A stretch of 64,000 nucleotides of DNA from Eledone cirrhosa (taxonomy: Eukaryota), in NCBI GenBank assembly GCA_964016885.1, contig OZ024742.1:317254001-317318000 (forward strand). Reading direction: 5' to 3'. Shown here one piece after another: positions 1-10,135 of this stretch. Every line of letters begins with the position of its first letter. Position 1 is the stretch's first letter. The notes under the pieces are model-generated. The model made no database searches and was not told the DNA's origin. It was given only the letters and a program-made list of their open reading frames with translations. The translations under genes and the position numbers were made by a program.

Positions 1-744
1 TAGCATTGAAAGACAGTGTGAGGAAGAGAAATCTTACCAAAGGCGGGAAAGAGTAAAACAATGAGAAAGAAAGTATTGAAGGGAACAGAAATAATAAAAT
101 GTTCAAAAGAAACAAAAACAATGAATAAATGATTTAAAGAGAACAGAAAAGTAAGACATAAATAAGTAACAAATTGATGAATATAATTTTGTTTAAGAGG
201 TAAATCTAAACACAAAATAATAATATGAAATCTTACTATTTCTTTTGCTTGTGATTCATTTAATAATTCTTATTGGAATTAAAGAGATTTAATTTACTTG
301 TATGTTTTGCCTCCGGCATTCTGTGGTGCTTTAGCAATTGTTTAAGTATTATATTTCCCAAAACATATTCCTACTCCCGAACCACACCATGTTTTATAGC
401 GAGACACACTGTTCTTTGGAGAAGTCGTTACTTTAACGCAGAAAAGTTTTCGCGCTTTTTCCGACATTGTGTGGCTTCCAATTTCACTTGGTGGTATTGC
501 ACCCACGATATGATAATAAGAATGATGGATCTTCCACTGATTTTTGACGATGAGTATTTAGTTTTTCTGTCAACTGAGCCTCTAACTCATGACTTGATGT
601 GTAAATGAACAAATATTCTACAGACACTTGTATCTTTTACTTAATTTTCACAAGGCTTATCCTTTGAACTAGAGTATACTCAATGGAATGTTAGGAAAAG
701 CTGTATCTGTCTATTGAATTTTGTTCTGATACATTGAGTCGGCC

Positions 745-818
745 CAAGGTGTTACTCACTGGGATCGAAACCGGAACTTTATGATTCGGAAGCGAAATTC
801 TTAAATATTCAACCATGT
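745..818 (-). mobile_element. Degraded tRNA-headed SINE fragment (family 2)
   Basis: Minus strand reads tggttgaatatttaagaatttcgcttccgaatcataaagttccggtttcgatcccagtgagtaacaccttgggc: a box-B-like GTTTCGATCCC followed by CACCTTGGGC. Similar remnants lie at ~15190-15280 and ~19110-19220. Confidence 0.45.
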
Positions 819-847
819 TGCGAATGCTCAGCCATTTTCACGTTAAT

Positions 848-1121
848 TTAATCTACAACTGAAATAAATATTTTCGAAACTGACGGCTGTCCATTTTCTA
901 TTTCTCGCGTGTACCTTATTTTACATTTACTTTGTGATATTAGCAATTCTTTCATCACTACTTCGTCAAGTATAGGGAATTCGTTGACTTTGAAGATATC
1001 TGACAATAGAGAAATATGTCCGTTTTCAAAGCTATTATTCAAAGCAATGACTGTGGTTATATTATTCCGGGGCTCTATAGAATAACAATGTCGTATTTCA
1101 TATTTTCCTACAAAATTTATG

Positions 1122-1126
<5 letters not shown>
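848..1126 (-). pseudogene. 92-aa ORF, possibly a degenerate cadherin-repeat fragment
   Basis: Ends ...RYTREIENGQPSVSKIFISVVD*, loosely like the cadherin Y-x-L-x-V-x-A-x-D-x-G-x-P...V-x-I-x-V-x-D motif. The LDRE and DxNDN motifs are missing. Confidence 0.2.
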
Positions 1127-1160
<34 letters not shown>

Positions 1161-1163
<3 letters not shown>

Positions 1164-1381
1164 AAAAAGTATGACCCCGACGGCAGAGCTCAAGCCGTTT
1201 CGACGGCTATTTCTGGACGACAGTTAGTTTACCATACTGAGAACAGTCCAGAAATAGCCGTCGAAACGGCTTGAGCTCTGCCGTCGGGGTCATACTTTTT
1301 CCTATTTTCCACTCTACTACCCTAAGTATTGAGTACTCTGGTGCGTTATGGTCCATCTGGTTCCTTACCACAATTCCTTTG

Positions 1382-1382
<1 letters not shown>
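1161..1382 (+). mobile_element. Fold-back element in (TA)n, family F1 (Penelope-like pLTR derivative)
   Basis: Perfect 58-bp inverted repeat 1161-1218/1246-1303, then an ~80-bp tail. (TA)n on both sides. Homologous to 2443-2600 and 14479-14655. Confidence 0.75.
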
Positions 1383-1418
<36 letters not shown>

Positions 1419-1446
1419 TATGTGTGTGTGTGTGTGTGTGTGTATT

Positions 1447-1518
<72 letters not shown>

Positions 1519-1849
1519 TGGCTGCCAACTCGTTTTCGAGTACGGCCACTACTTTATATCCATGTAGGAGAACCCCTACCGATACGCTGAACCAGTGTGA
1601 CTTTTTAGTCCAGCCAGTGACTTGAAAATTCTGGTACAAACACTACACTTGTGACAATTATTGACACATAGTGCTCGGCCCATGGTACCATGTGACGACA
1701 AGTGCAGAGAGATCTCCAGATATAAAGCAATGCCTGTGCCGTGAAGCTTTTATTGTGAGCAAAGGCACTGCACAAAGCCAGTCCCACTCTCTTAACCAAG
1801 ATGATATTTACCAAAATGTAGAACAAGTCAACATCATTGGATACCATCA

Positions 1850-2124
1850 GGGTTGCAGGTATTATATCAGAGTTTTCCTTCTCCTAGAATTCTGCCTTGA
1901 CAAAGGCTAAGGGGTCATCTCTCCCGGTGATTTTGGATGGCCATTGACTCTTAAGAGCTCCTTTGCATTTTGACAGGTTTTGTTTTTAGTCCTGCAGGAT
2001 GTCCAATGTCACCCTCCTCACCAAGAAACCTTGGTGGCGTTGCCAGTTTAGTCGCCAACGACCCGACCATGAGACAGGTTTTACTGGGATACATGTTACC
2101 AGTAGCACCAACTGGTGACCTGAC
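1850..2124 (-). mobile_element. Probable 5' fragment of an RTE-type LINE or derived SINE
   Basis: Minus strand has ctaggagaaggaaaactctga, a motif I associate with RTE-clade 5' regions. Abuts (TA)n. No ORF. Confidence 0.35.
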
Positions 2125-2400
2125 ATATATATATACATATATATTTATATAAAAGAATTATATTAGTTAAATGCTTGAAATATATATGCTAGAAATATGT
2201 GTAACTATAGTTAAAGCACAGTGTTGTTACGCGGTAGCGTCTTGTGTAGGTTTATACTTCAGTGTATTCCAGGGCCAAGGCGGATGAAACGTGCATAGTG
2301 TAAATACAAGTAAGGAGGAACGAAGTCAGGTTTGCGCCATATCAGTCAATGAACTTAATTGTATATGACAATTGTTTCGATATCGAACAGCTCATATAAA

Positions 2401-2442
<42 letters not shown>

Positions 2443-2445
<3 letters not shown>

Positions 2446-2600
2446 GAATGGGTGTGGTAAGATACCAGTTGGACCATAACGCACCAGAGTACTCAATACT
2501 TAGGGTATTAGAATGGGTAATAGGAAAACATTCAGCACCCCGACGGCTGAGCTCCCGCCGTATCGGAGCTCAGCCGCCGGTGTCCTAACTCTCTTCCTAT
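2443..2600 (-). mobile_element. Fold-back element family F1, reverse copy
   Basis: Carries the reverse complement of the F1 tail (ggaccataacgcaccagagtactcaatacttagggta) and an imperfect hairpin at ~2519-2600. TA-rich flanks. Confidence 0.7.
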
Positions 2601-2764
2601 ATACATATATATACAAGTTATATATTAATATATATTATGAACACAAACGTGTTTGTATTGTAAGAGACAAAGTTAGCTAGCATGAAATAAACTAATTAAA
2701 GTGAATACAATTTGTCTGTCTCGATATAAGTCAATAAAGACAAGCTTATATTGGCAAAAGCCGT

Positions 2765-2940
2765 GATTCCTGGACAAATTTAAATTTCAAAATCCAAACC
2801 CGCTCCGTAGATGAATTTGACCTTCGAAACCCAAATATGTTTCGCAACGATGGTACATGAATTGAAAAATAAAGAGAATCGAAATGGAATTGAAATAAAA
2901 AGTGAAATATCCAAATCTTCTGTGCTTATCAACAGGAATC
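2765..2940 (-). ncRNA. Type I hammerhead ribozyme, U3:A8 core variant, intact GAAA
   Basis: Minus strand: GATTCCTG-TTGATAA-GCAC...GTTGC-GAAA-long stem III-GTC-CAGGAATC. Perfect 8-bp stem I and GUC cleavage triplet. Confidence 0.7.
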
Positions 2941-3736
2941 CAGTAAAATTAGTACATTCCACCTTCAAACATTTTGCAGGTCTGATTACACGTGGTGTAG
3001 CCAGCTATACTAGCCATCCCGTATTCCCGGTGCTAGAAATAACAGCCGTTTATACGGGATTAAAGATCAGCTCTACAGTTAAGGAGCAATATACTATATT
3101 ATATTTAGAGATTAAACTCATAGTCGTTTACAATTAATCAGCTCAAAGAAAGAGGCATTTCTGAGCAGTGAAATACAAGTTATATATTAATATATATGAT
3201 CAACACAAACGTGTTTGTATTTCAATTCCATTTCGATTCTCTTTATTTTTCAATTCATGTACCATCGTTGCGAAACATATTTGGGTTTCGAAGTTCAAAT
3301 TCATCTACGGAGCGGGTTTGGATTTTGAAATTTAAATTTGTCCAGGAATCACGGCTTTTGCCAATATAAGCTTGTCTTTATTGACTTATATCGAGACAGA
3401 CAAATTGTATTCACTTTAATTAGTTTATTTCATGCTAGCTAACTTTGTCTCTTACAATACAAACACGTTTGTGTTCATCATATATATTAATATATAACTT
3501 GTATTTCACTGCTCAGAAATGCCTCTTTCTTTGAGCTGATTAATTGTAAACGACTATGAGTTTAATCTCTAAATATAATATAGTATATTGCTCCTTAACT
3601 GTAGAGCTGATCTTTAATCCCGTATAAACGGCTGTTATTTCTAGCACCTGGAATACGGGATGGCTAGTATAGCTGGCTACACCACGTGTAATCAGACCTG
3701 CAAAATGTTTGAAGGTGGAATGTACTAATTTTACTG

Positions 3737-3912
3737 GATTCCTGTTGATAAGCACAGAAGATTTGGATATTTCACTTTTTATTTCAATTCCATTTCGATT
3801 CTCTTTATTTTTCAATTCATGTACCATCGTTGCCCAACATATTTGGGTTTCGAAGTTCAAATTCATCTACGGAGCGGGTTTGGATTTTGAAATTTAAATT
3901 TGTCCAGGAATC
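3737..3912 (+). ncRNA. Hammerhead copy with GAAA changed to CCAA (predicted inactive)
   Basis: Same architecture as 2765-2940, with CCAA at 3834-3837. Confidence 0.65.
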
Positions 3913-4298
3913 ACGGCTTTTGCCAATATAAGCTTGTCTTTATTGACTTATATCGAGACAGACAAATTGTATTCACTTTAATTAGTTTATTTCATGCTAG
4001 CTAACTTTGTCTCTTACAATACAAACACGTTTGTGTTCATCATATATATTAATATATAACTTGTATTTCACTGCTCAGAAATGCCTCTTTCTTTGAGCTG
4101 ATTAATTGTAAACGACTATGAGTTTAATCTCTAAATATAATATAGTATATTGCTCCTTAACTGTAGAGCTGATCTTTAATCCCGTATAAACGGCTGTTAT
4201 TTCTAGCACCTGGAATACGGGATGGCTAGTATAGCTGGCTACACCACGTGTAATCAGACCTGCAAAATGTTTGAAGGTGGAATGTACTAATTTTACTG

Positions 4299-4474
4299 GA
4301 TTCCTGTTGATAAGCACAGAAGATTTGGATATTTCACTTTTTATTTCAATTCCATTTCGATTCTCTTTATTTTTCAATTCATGTACCATCGTTGCCCAAC
4401 ATATTTGGGTTTCGAAGTTCAAATTCATCTACGGAGCGGGTTTGGATTTTGAAATTTAAATTTGTCCAGGAATC
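4299..4474 (+). ncRNA. Hammerhead copy with GAAA changed to CCAA (predicted inactive)
   Basis: Same sequence as 3737-3912, offset by +562. Confidence 0.65.
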
Positions 4475-4860
4475 ACGGCTTTTGCCAATATAAGCTTGTC
4501 TTTATTGACTTATATCGAGACAGACAAATTGTATTCACTTTAATTAGTTTATTTCATGCTAGCTAACTTTGTCTCTTACAATACAAACACGTTTGTGTTC
4601 ATCATATATATTAATATATAACTTGTATTTCACTGCTCAGAAATGCCTCTTTCTTTGAGCTGATTAATTGTAAACGACTATGAGTTTAATCTCTAAATAT
4701 AATATAGTATATTGCTCCTTAACTGTAGAGCTGATCTTTAATCCCGTATAAACGGCTGTTATTTCTAGCACCTGGAATACGGGATGGCTAGTATAGCTGG
4801 CTACACCACGTGTAATCAGACCTGCAAAATGTTTGAAGGTGGAATGTACTAATTTTACTG

Positions 4861-5036
4861 GATTCCTGTTGATAAGCACAGAAGATTTGGATATTTCACT
4901 TTTTATTTCAATTCCATTTCGATTCTCTTTATTTTTCAATTCATGTACCATCGTTGCCCAACATATTTGGGTTTCGAAGTTCAAATTCATCTACGGAGCG
5001 GGTTTGGATTTTGAAATTTAAATTTGTCCAGGAATC
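4861..5036 (+). ncRNA. Hammerhead copy with GAAA changed to CCAA (predicted inactive)
   Basis: Same sequence as 3737-3912, offset by +1124. Confidence 0.65.
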
Positions 5037-5373
5037 ACGGCTTTTGCCAATATAAGCTTGTCTTTATTGACTTATATCGAGACAGACAAATTGTATTCAC
5101 TTTAATTAGTTTATTTCATGCTAGCTAACTTTGTCTCTTACAATACAAACACGTTTGTGTTCATCATATATATTAATATATAACTTGTATTTCACTGCTC
5201 AGAAATGCCTCTTTCTTTGAGCTGATTAATTGTAAACGACTATGAGTTTAATATCTAAATATAATATAGGACATATATATATATATATATATATATAACC
5301 AAATATTAATATGGTTCGTTGATTATTCAACTAATGGAATTTTACAATAGATTAGAAGCACTAGACAGATGGT

Positions 5374-5603
5374 TTATTCAAAATATTAATAAATGAAAAA
5401 TATTCTCTTAATCAAAATATATATTTTATTATACATATTTCAAAGGTACAATGGTGTTTATGTAAGTTTTCATGTCGCATATCAAATCTTATATTTTGTC
5501 TGATGAAAGCGTACTTAAACACCATTGTACCTTTGAAATATGTATAATAAAATATATATTTTGATTATGAGAATATTTTTCATTTATTAATATTTTGAAT
5601 AAT
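5374..5603. repeat. ~100-bp inverted repeat fold-back element, family F2
   Basis: ttattcaaaatattaataaatg...ggtacaatggtgtttatgtaagttttcat (5374-5473) is the near reverse complement of 5503-5603. Confidence 0.85.
5490..5556 (+). ncRNA. Minimal type I hammerhead ribozyme (Penelope-type)
   Basis: TATATTTTGT-CTGATGA-AAGCGTAC..GTACCTTT-GAAA-T-ATGT-ATA-ATAAAATATA: canonical core, 10-bp stem I, 8-bp stem II with one mismatch, AUA cleavage site. Confidence 0.7.
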
Positions 5604-6561
5604 ATATATATAACGGCGATGAATTAGTTTTGCGAGGTTTTTTATATGAAATCGTGTGTCGAAACAAATATTGTTATACTTGGTGAGATGGCGCAGGCAT
5701 ACAATACAACAGGAGGAAACATAATAGCACCACTGACGATGTTGCAGATGTGCAACGAAAGAACTTTGTTAGACTATATATATGTCTTTGCGTCTATATT
5801 ACATCTGTATTTTTGACCGTTGGTCAGTCAATGATAACATTGAGGACCGAATAAATTAAATTAACCGATATAAAAGATAGAGAAGCGAAAACCAACCAAA
5901 CAGTGAGTGTGTTCTGTTATTAATTCTGGCAATATTACACAAATATGACCCTCCCCAAGTATAACAATATATATATATATATATATTTATTAATCACAGT
6001 TGATTGGACCCAGCAATCCACTAAATAAAGTGTAATCCATCATAAGCACTCCACATCATGTGTTCCATAAGGTATTGCGTATGGAATGGCACTACCAACG
6101 CATCTCGCTTACGATCCTCCGGGAAAACACCTTCTCCATTCTCTCTGCCGGGGCTGTGGGGCGTTCAGCACGTGGGACCCCATTTGCTCACTATACAGAG
6201 AAATGGGGGCGATGACGGTGGGAGTTCGGCTCTTCCGTGTTCGGACATATTACACCTGTCATGTAGATCATGTGATAATTTCAGAAAGGTTAAAGCATCT
6301 TTATAGCATCTAATACATTATGTCTATGTTTTACCATTTAAAACCATTTCCTCGTGCATTGCGTATATAGTATCAGACGGAGTATCAATATTAAGAAAGA
6401 AGACGAGAAATGGTTTCACATATTCAACATTAGTTTATTATCCTTACATCACATCTGATATATACATTAAAAATACATTAGAATGCCATTATGTAATAGT
6501 TATTTAATATGTTGTCGGCAAACAGCATTTGAAAATGTAAGCATTATTCTGTCTTTGTTTT

Positions 6562-6753
6562 GGGGCGGTGAATTGGCAGTATCGGTAGAGGGTCGGACGC
6601 CATGCTTTCCAGCATAGTTACGTCCCTTTACAATCTGAGTTCAAATCCCGCCGAGGTTGACTTTGCCTTTCATCCTTACGGGGTCGATAAAATAAAGTAC
6701 CAGTAATGAACTGGGTAATTGCTGGCCTTGTGCCTAAAGTAGAAACAATTATT
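6562..6753 (+). mobile_element. tRNA-derived SINE (family 1), full length with 19-bp TSD
   Basis: Box A-like TGGCAGTATCGG, box B GAGTTCAAATCC, central gcctttcatccttacggggtcgataaaataaagtaccag, 3' ggccttgtgcctaaagtagaaacaattatt. TSD attattctgtctttgtttt at 6543-6561 and 6748-6766. Confidence 0.85.
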
Positions 6754-6771
6754 CTGTCTTTGTTTTTGGTT

Positions 6772-6806
<35 letters not shown>

Positions 6807-7125
6807 ATATATATACGTTTTTTTTTTATTATTCAACAGGAAGTGACCAGTCAACCTGAAACATTTTTTTAGATTTCCTTTCAGTTCTTCCGCTTCTTTG
6901 TTTTCTCTTTTCTTAATCTACTTTGATAAACATATATAAACCAAGACTTCAGATCAATTCTCTTTCTATTCGGCGTAGACATATTCAGTTTACACACATT
7001 GTTCAAAATTGTCTCCATCTATTTTGTCAACAACGTATCTTTTTTTCCCCCAACGTTTCACTTTCCCTTGTTTTCTGTTTTAAGCTTTAGTTGTTTACTT
7101 TCCTATCGAGTAAAATACGTCTGAA

Positions 7126-7178
<53 letters not shown>

Positions 7179-7180
<2 letters not shown>

Positions 7181-7830
7181 GATTTAGAAACACACAGATA
7201 CATGCGGACACACACATATACATGAATGCATCCGCACCCAACCGTGAGTTAAGGGTGCCAACTTCACCGATGTTGCTCAATGAATGACTGGGACAGACCA
7301 ATCTGGTTGAACTAGACTGAACCAGTATCAGAGTTAAAAATACATTATGAAGAGAGAAGAAACATTTAGATATAATTAGTAATAAAATGTATCATACCTA
7401 AACTGCTCCTAGATTCCTCGACTACGTAGTTTCGTGGCATAAACAAAAACAATACATCATAAAGATATAGAGTCCTTGCGAGGTCTGCCGACTTATCAAG
7501 AGGATACCTCATTTTACTAGTCTCAAGAACGCGTCTACACGACGTGAGAAAGAATCCCAAAAGGCGGAGGGGGAGATAGTCACGCGATATAACGGTCGAG
7601 AAACAGAGCTAAGCCTCTTATAACCCCGAAGAAAATACCACGGAGGCGGAGGGGGTATTTATATCGAAGCCGTAGAAGAGGTGGTGAACGAGACGAGAAG
7701 TATAAGTAATGGAAGCTTTCCTGCAGTCCCCACACTTCAAAGATTGCTCGACCAGAGGGAGTTATTAACAATAGATTTAGAAACACACAGATACATGCGG
7801 GGACACACATATACATGAATGCATCCGCAC

Positions 7831-7833
<3 letters not shown>
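7179..7833 (-). mobile_element. ~590-bp unit with ~62-bp terminal direct repeat between (TA)n and (GA)n; retrozyme/pLTR-like
   Basis: aatagatttagaaacacacagatacatgcgg..acacacatatacatgaatgcatccgcaccca occurs at ~7179-7240 and ~7770-7833. Contains an HHR. Confidence 0.65.
7415..7504 (-). ncRNA. Type I hammerhead ribozyme, U3:A8 core variant
   Basis: Minus strand: TCCTC-TTGATAA-GTCGGCA...TGCCAC-GAAA-C-TACGTA-GTC-GAGGA, with palindromic stem III/loop and a GUC site. Confidence 0.65.
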
Positions 7834-7900
<67 letters not shown>

Positions 7901-8039
7901 TTGATAAATAGATAGATAGATTTCAGCCTCCAAGTGTACTGTACCCAATTCTTTCAACTAGTATCCATAGATATCTGCATTGTGGCGACTATATTTTGAT
8001 ATATATATGTGTGTATGTGTGTGTCAACCACATCTCACC

Positions 8040-8461
8040 CACCCCACCCCCTCCCGCACGGTGCTAACCTCTTTCGGAGGGAGTGGGTGTCCCTGAATCG
8101 GCTACTGACATGTCAGCCAATTGAATTCAGCCATACAACACTAGGGTCTACTTTCATCAGAAGCTTGCCTGTGTGGCAGACAGACTGCTGAACATATATT
8201 AAGTGGCTATCCGGATCTCGCCCTCTTCAGGATGTGAATCTGCCCACCGTGAGTTGGGTGAGGCACCTGGAGGACCACACCTGATTGCTGTCTCATACGC
8301 TGGAAGGGACGAGAGGAGAAGGAGTAGGAGAAGAAGAAGAAGAAGAAGAAGAAGAAGAAGAAGAAGAAGAAGAAGAAGAAGAAGAAGAAGAAGAAGAAGA
8401 AGAAGAAGAAGAAGAAGAAGAAGAAGAAGAAGAAGAAGAAGAAGAAGAAGAAGAAGAAGAA
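8040..8461 (+). mobile_element. 3' fragment of a Vingi/Ingi-like LINE with (GAA)n tail
   Basis: Frameshifted translation GANLFRREWVSLNRLLT / SAIQH*GLLSSEACLCGRQTAEHILSGYP resembles the W..LNRLRTG...WG...CxCG..QT..HI...CP C-terminus. (GAA)n runs from ~8329 to 8461. Confidence 0.55.
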
Positions 8462-8749
8462 GCGGTTAGTAGATGGGCTTATGACCATCTCCGGACCTTT
8501 GGTGTCGTTAAGTAGAAAACAGTGTTTGAAGACTCCCCACCAATCAATGAAGACCTGACAATATCAATAGACAGTGCCCTTCCTCCTGTCTAAAAAGATA
8601 AAAATATATTTAGTTTTCTAATCTGTATTATATATAATTATATTGAATTGCATATTTTTCTAATGTATAAATAACACATACATAGAAGTTCAGAAATATA
8701 CTTGAGTATATATATATATGTGTGTGTATATGTTTATATATATATATAT

Positions 8750-8851
<102 letters not shown>

Positions 8852-8863
8852 TATATATACATG

Positions 8864-8944
<81 letters not shown>

Positions 8945-9572
8945 AATGTTTGCGTTATTTTGTCTGTAATGAATCTAGACAAATTGTGTACTTTTGCACG
9001 TACAAAAGCATAAAACAGAAAATATTTTGAGGTTGTTTATCCGTTTTTCAAGCAAAACAATAAAAGAGAAACTTGTCAGATGCTTTCGAAAATAAAATAT
9101 AAATTAGTTTTTCTATTTTACTTCACTTATTGTAGAAATCTTATAAATTTATAATGATTTTTCTTCGACGTAACTAATGATAAAATTTCCTATAACTAAC
9201 AAAGTAAACATAACATTCTTATCAAGATTTTAAAAGATATAAAATAAATTTTTGAAAAATGCATAAGAGAAATATAAATAAAAGATATTTATCAAAAACA
9301 ATGAGAGGCAATTTCGAATGTCATTCGTACTTTGTTTTCCAATAAAAGTTTTAACTCGATTTCAAATATCTATTTATACCCTTCTTGAAAATAATGTATT
9401 CGTCTTTTATCTTAACTCGGCTTATATATCTGAAATTTTATTTCATTTTGCTGACATGCATTTCGATTTGGTTGTTTCTTAATATCAAATCTATTGGTTG
9501 AATATTAGAATTTTCCTGTGTCACTCTGCTATACAATATACTATGACTATGCATGTGAGTCTGTTTATCGAA

Positions 9573-9610
<38 letters not shown>

Positions 9611-9642
9611 TTTTATATATATATATATAGAGAGAGAGAGAG

Positions 9643-9756
<114 letters not shown>

Positions 9757-10097
9757 CACAAGTATCAAAGTTATGTTTAAATCATTTAATCGCTGACAAT
9801 TGTTTCTTCCAAACTTAAGCTTGGAGTCCTCGGAGAATTATCAATGTTTGTACATATAATTAACCTCCTATTCAACTGAAGAATCATACAGATACATATA
9901 TATTGATGTTGTGGACAACAGTTTCATGTTTACAGGGTGGAATGGATGCGGCATATATTATACTAGAATTGTACAATAATTCAAATAAAGATTAAATTAA
10001 TTCAAATAAAGTTTAAAAAAAGGTAGTAATAAATTACTGACCTTCCCTGTTTATAGTTGTTTATAGTATAGTATATACATAACTATAAATAGTACCT

Positions 10098-10128
<31 letters not shown>

Positions 10129-10135
<7 letters not shown>

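Larger units (their letters stand above)
2612..5268. repeat. 562-bp tandem array with an inverted first unit (retrozyme / Penelope pLTR-like)
   Basis: Identical ORFs recur at 3540, 4102 and 4664 (period 562). 2612-3221 is ~1.1 unit in the opposite orientation to ~3.65 units at 3218-5268. The junction has TATT microhomology. TA-rich tracts lie at both ends. Confidence 0.95.

Noticed and set aside
1516-1560. Mariner-like TIR after (TA)n
   Set aside because: No matching second TIR or transposase remnant was found.
2811-3137. 108-aa and 62-aa ORFs repeated in the 562-bp unit
   Set aside because: No recognisable domain. They recur only because the DNA is repeated, and the RNA structure explains the sequence better.
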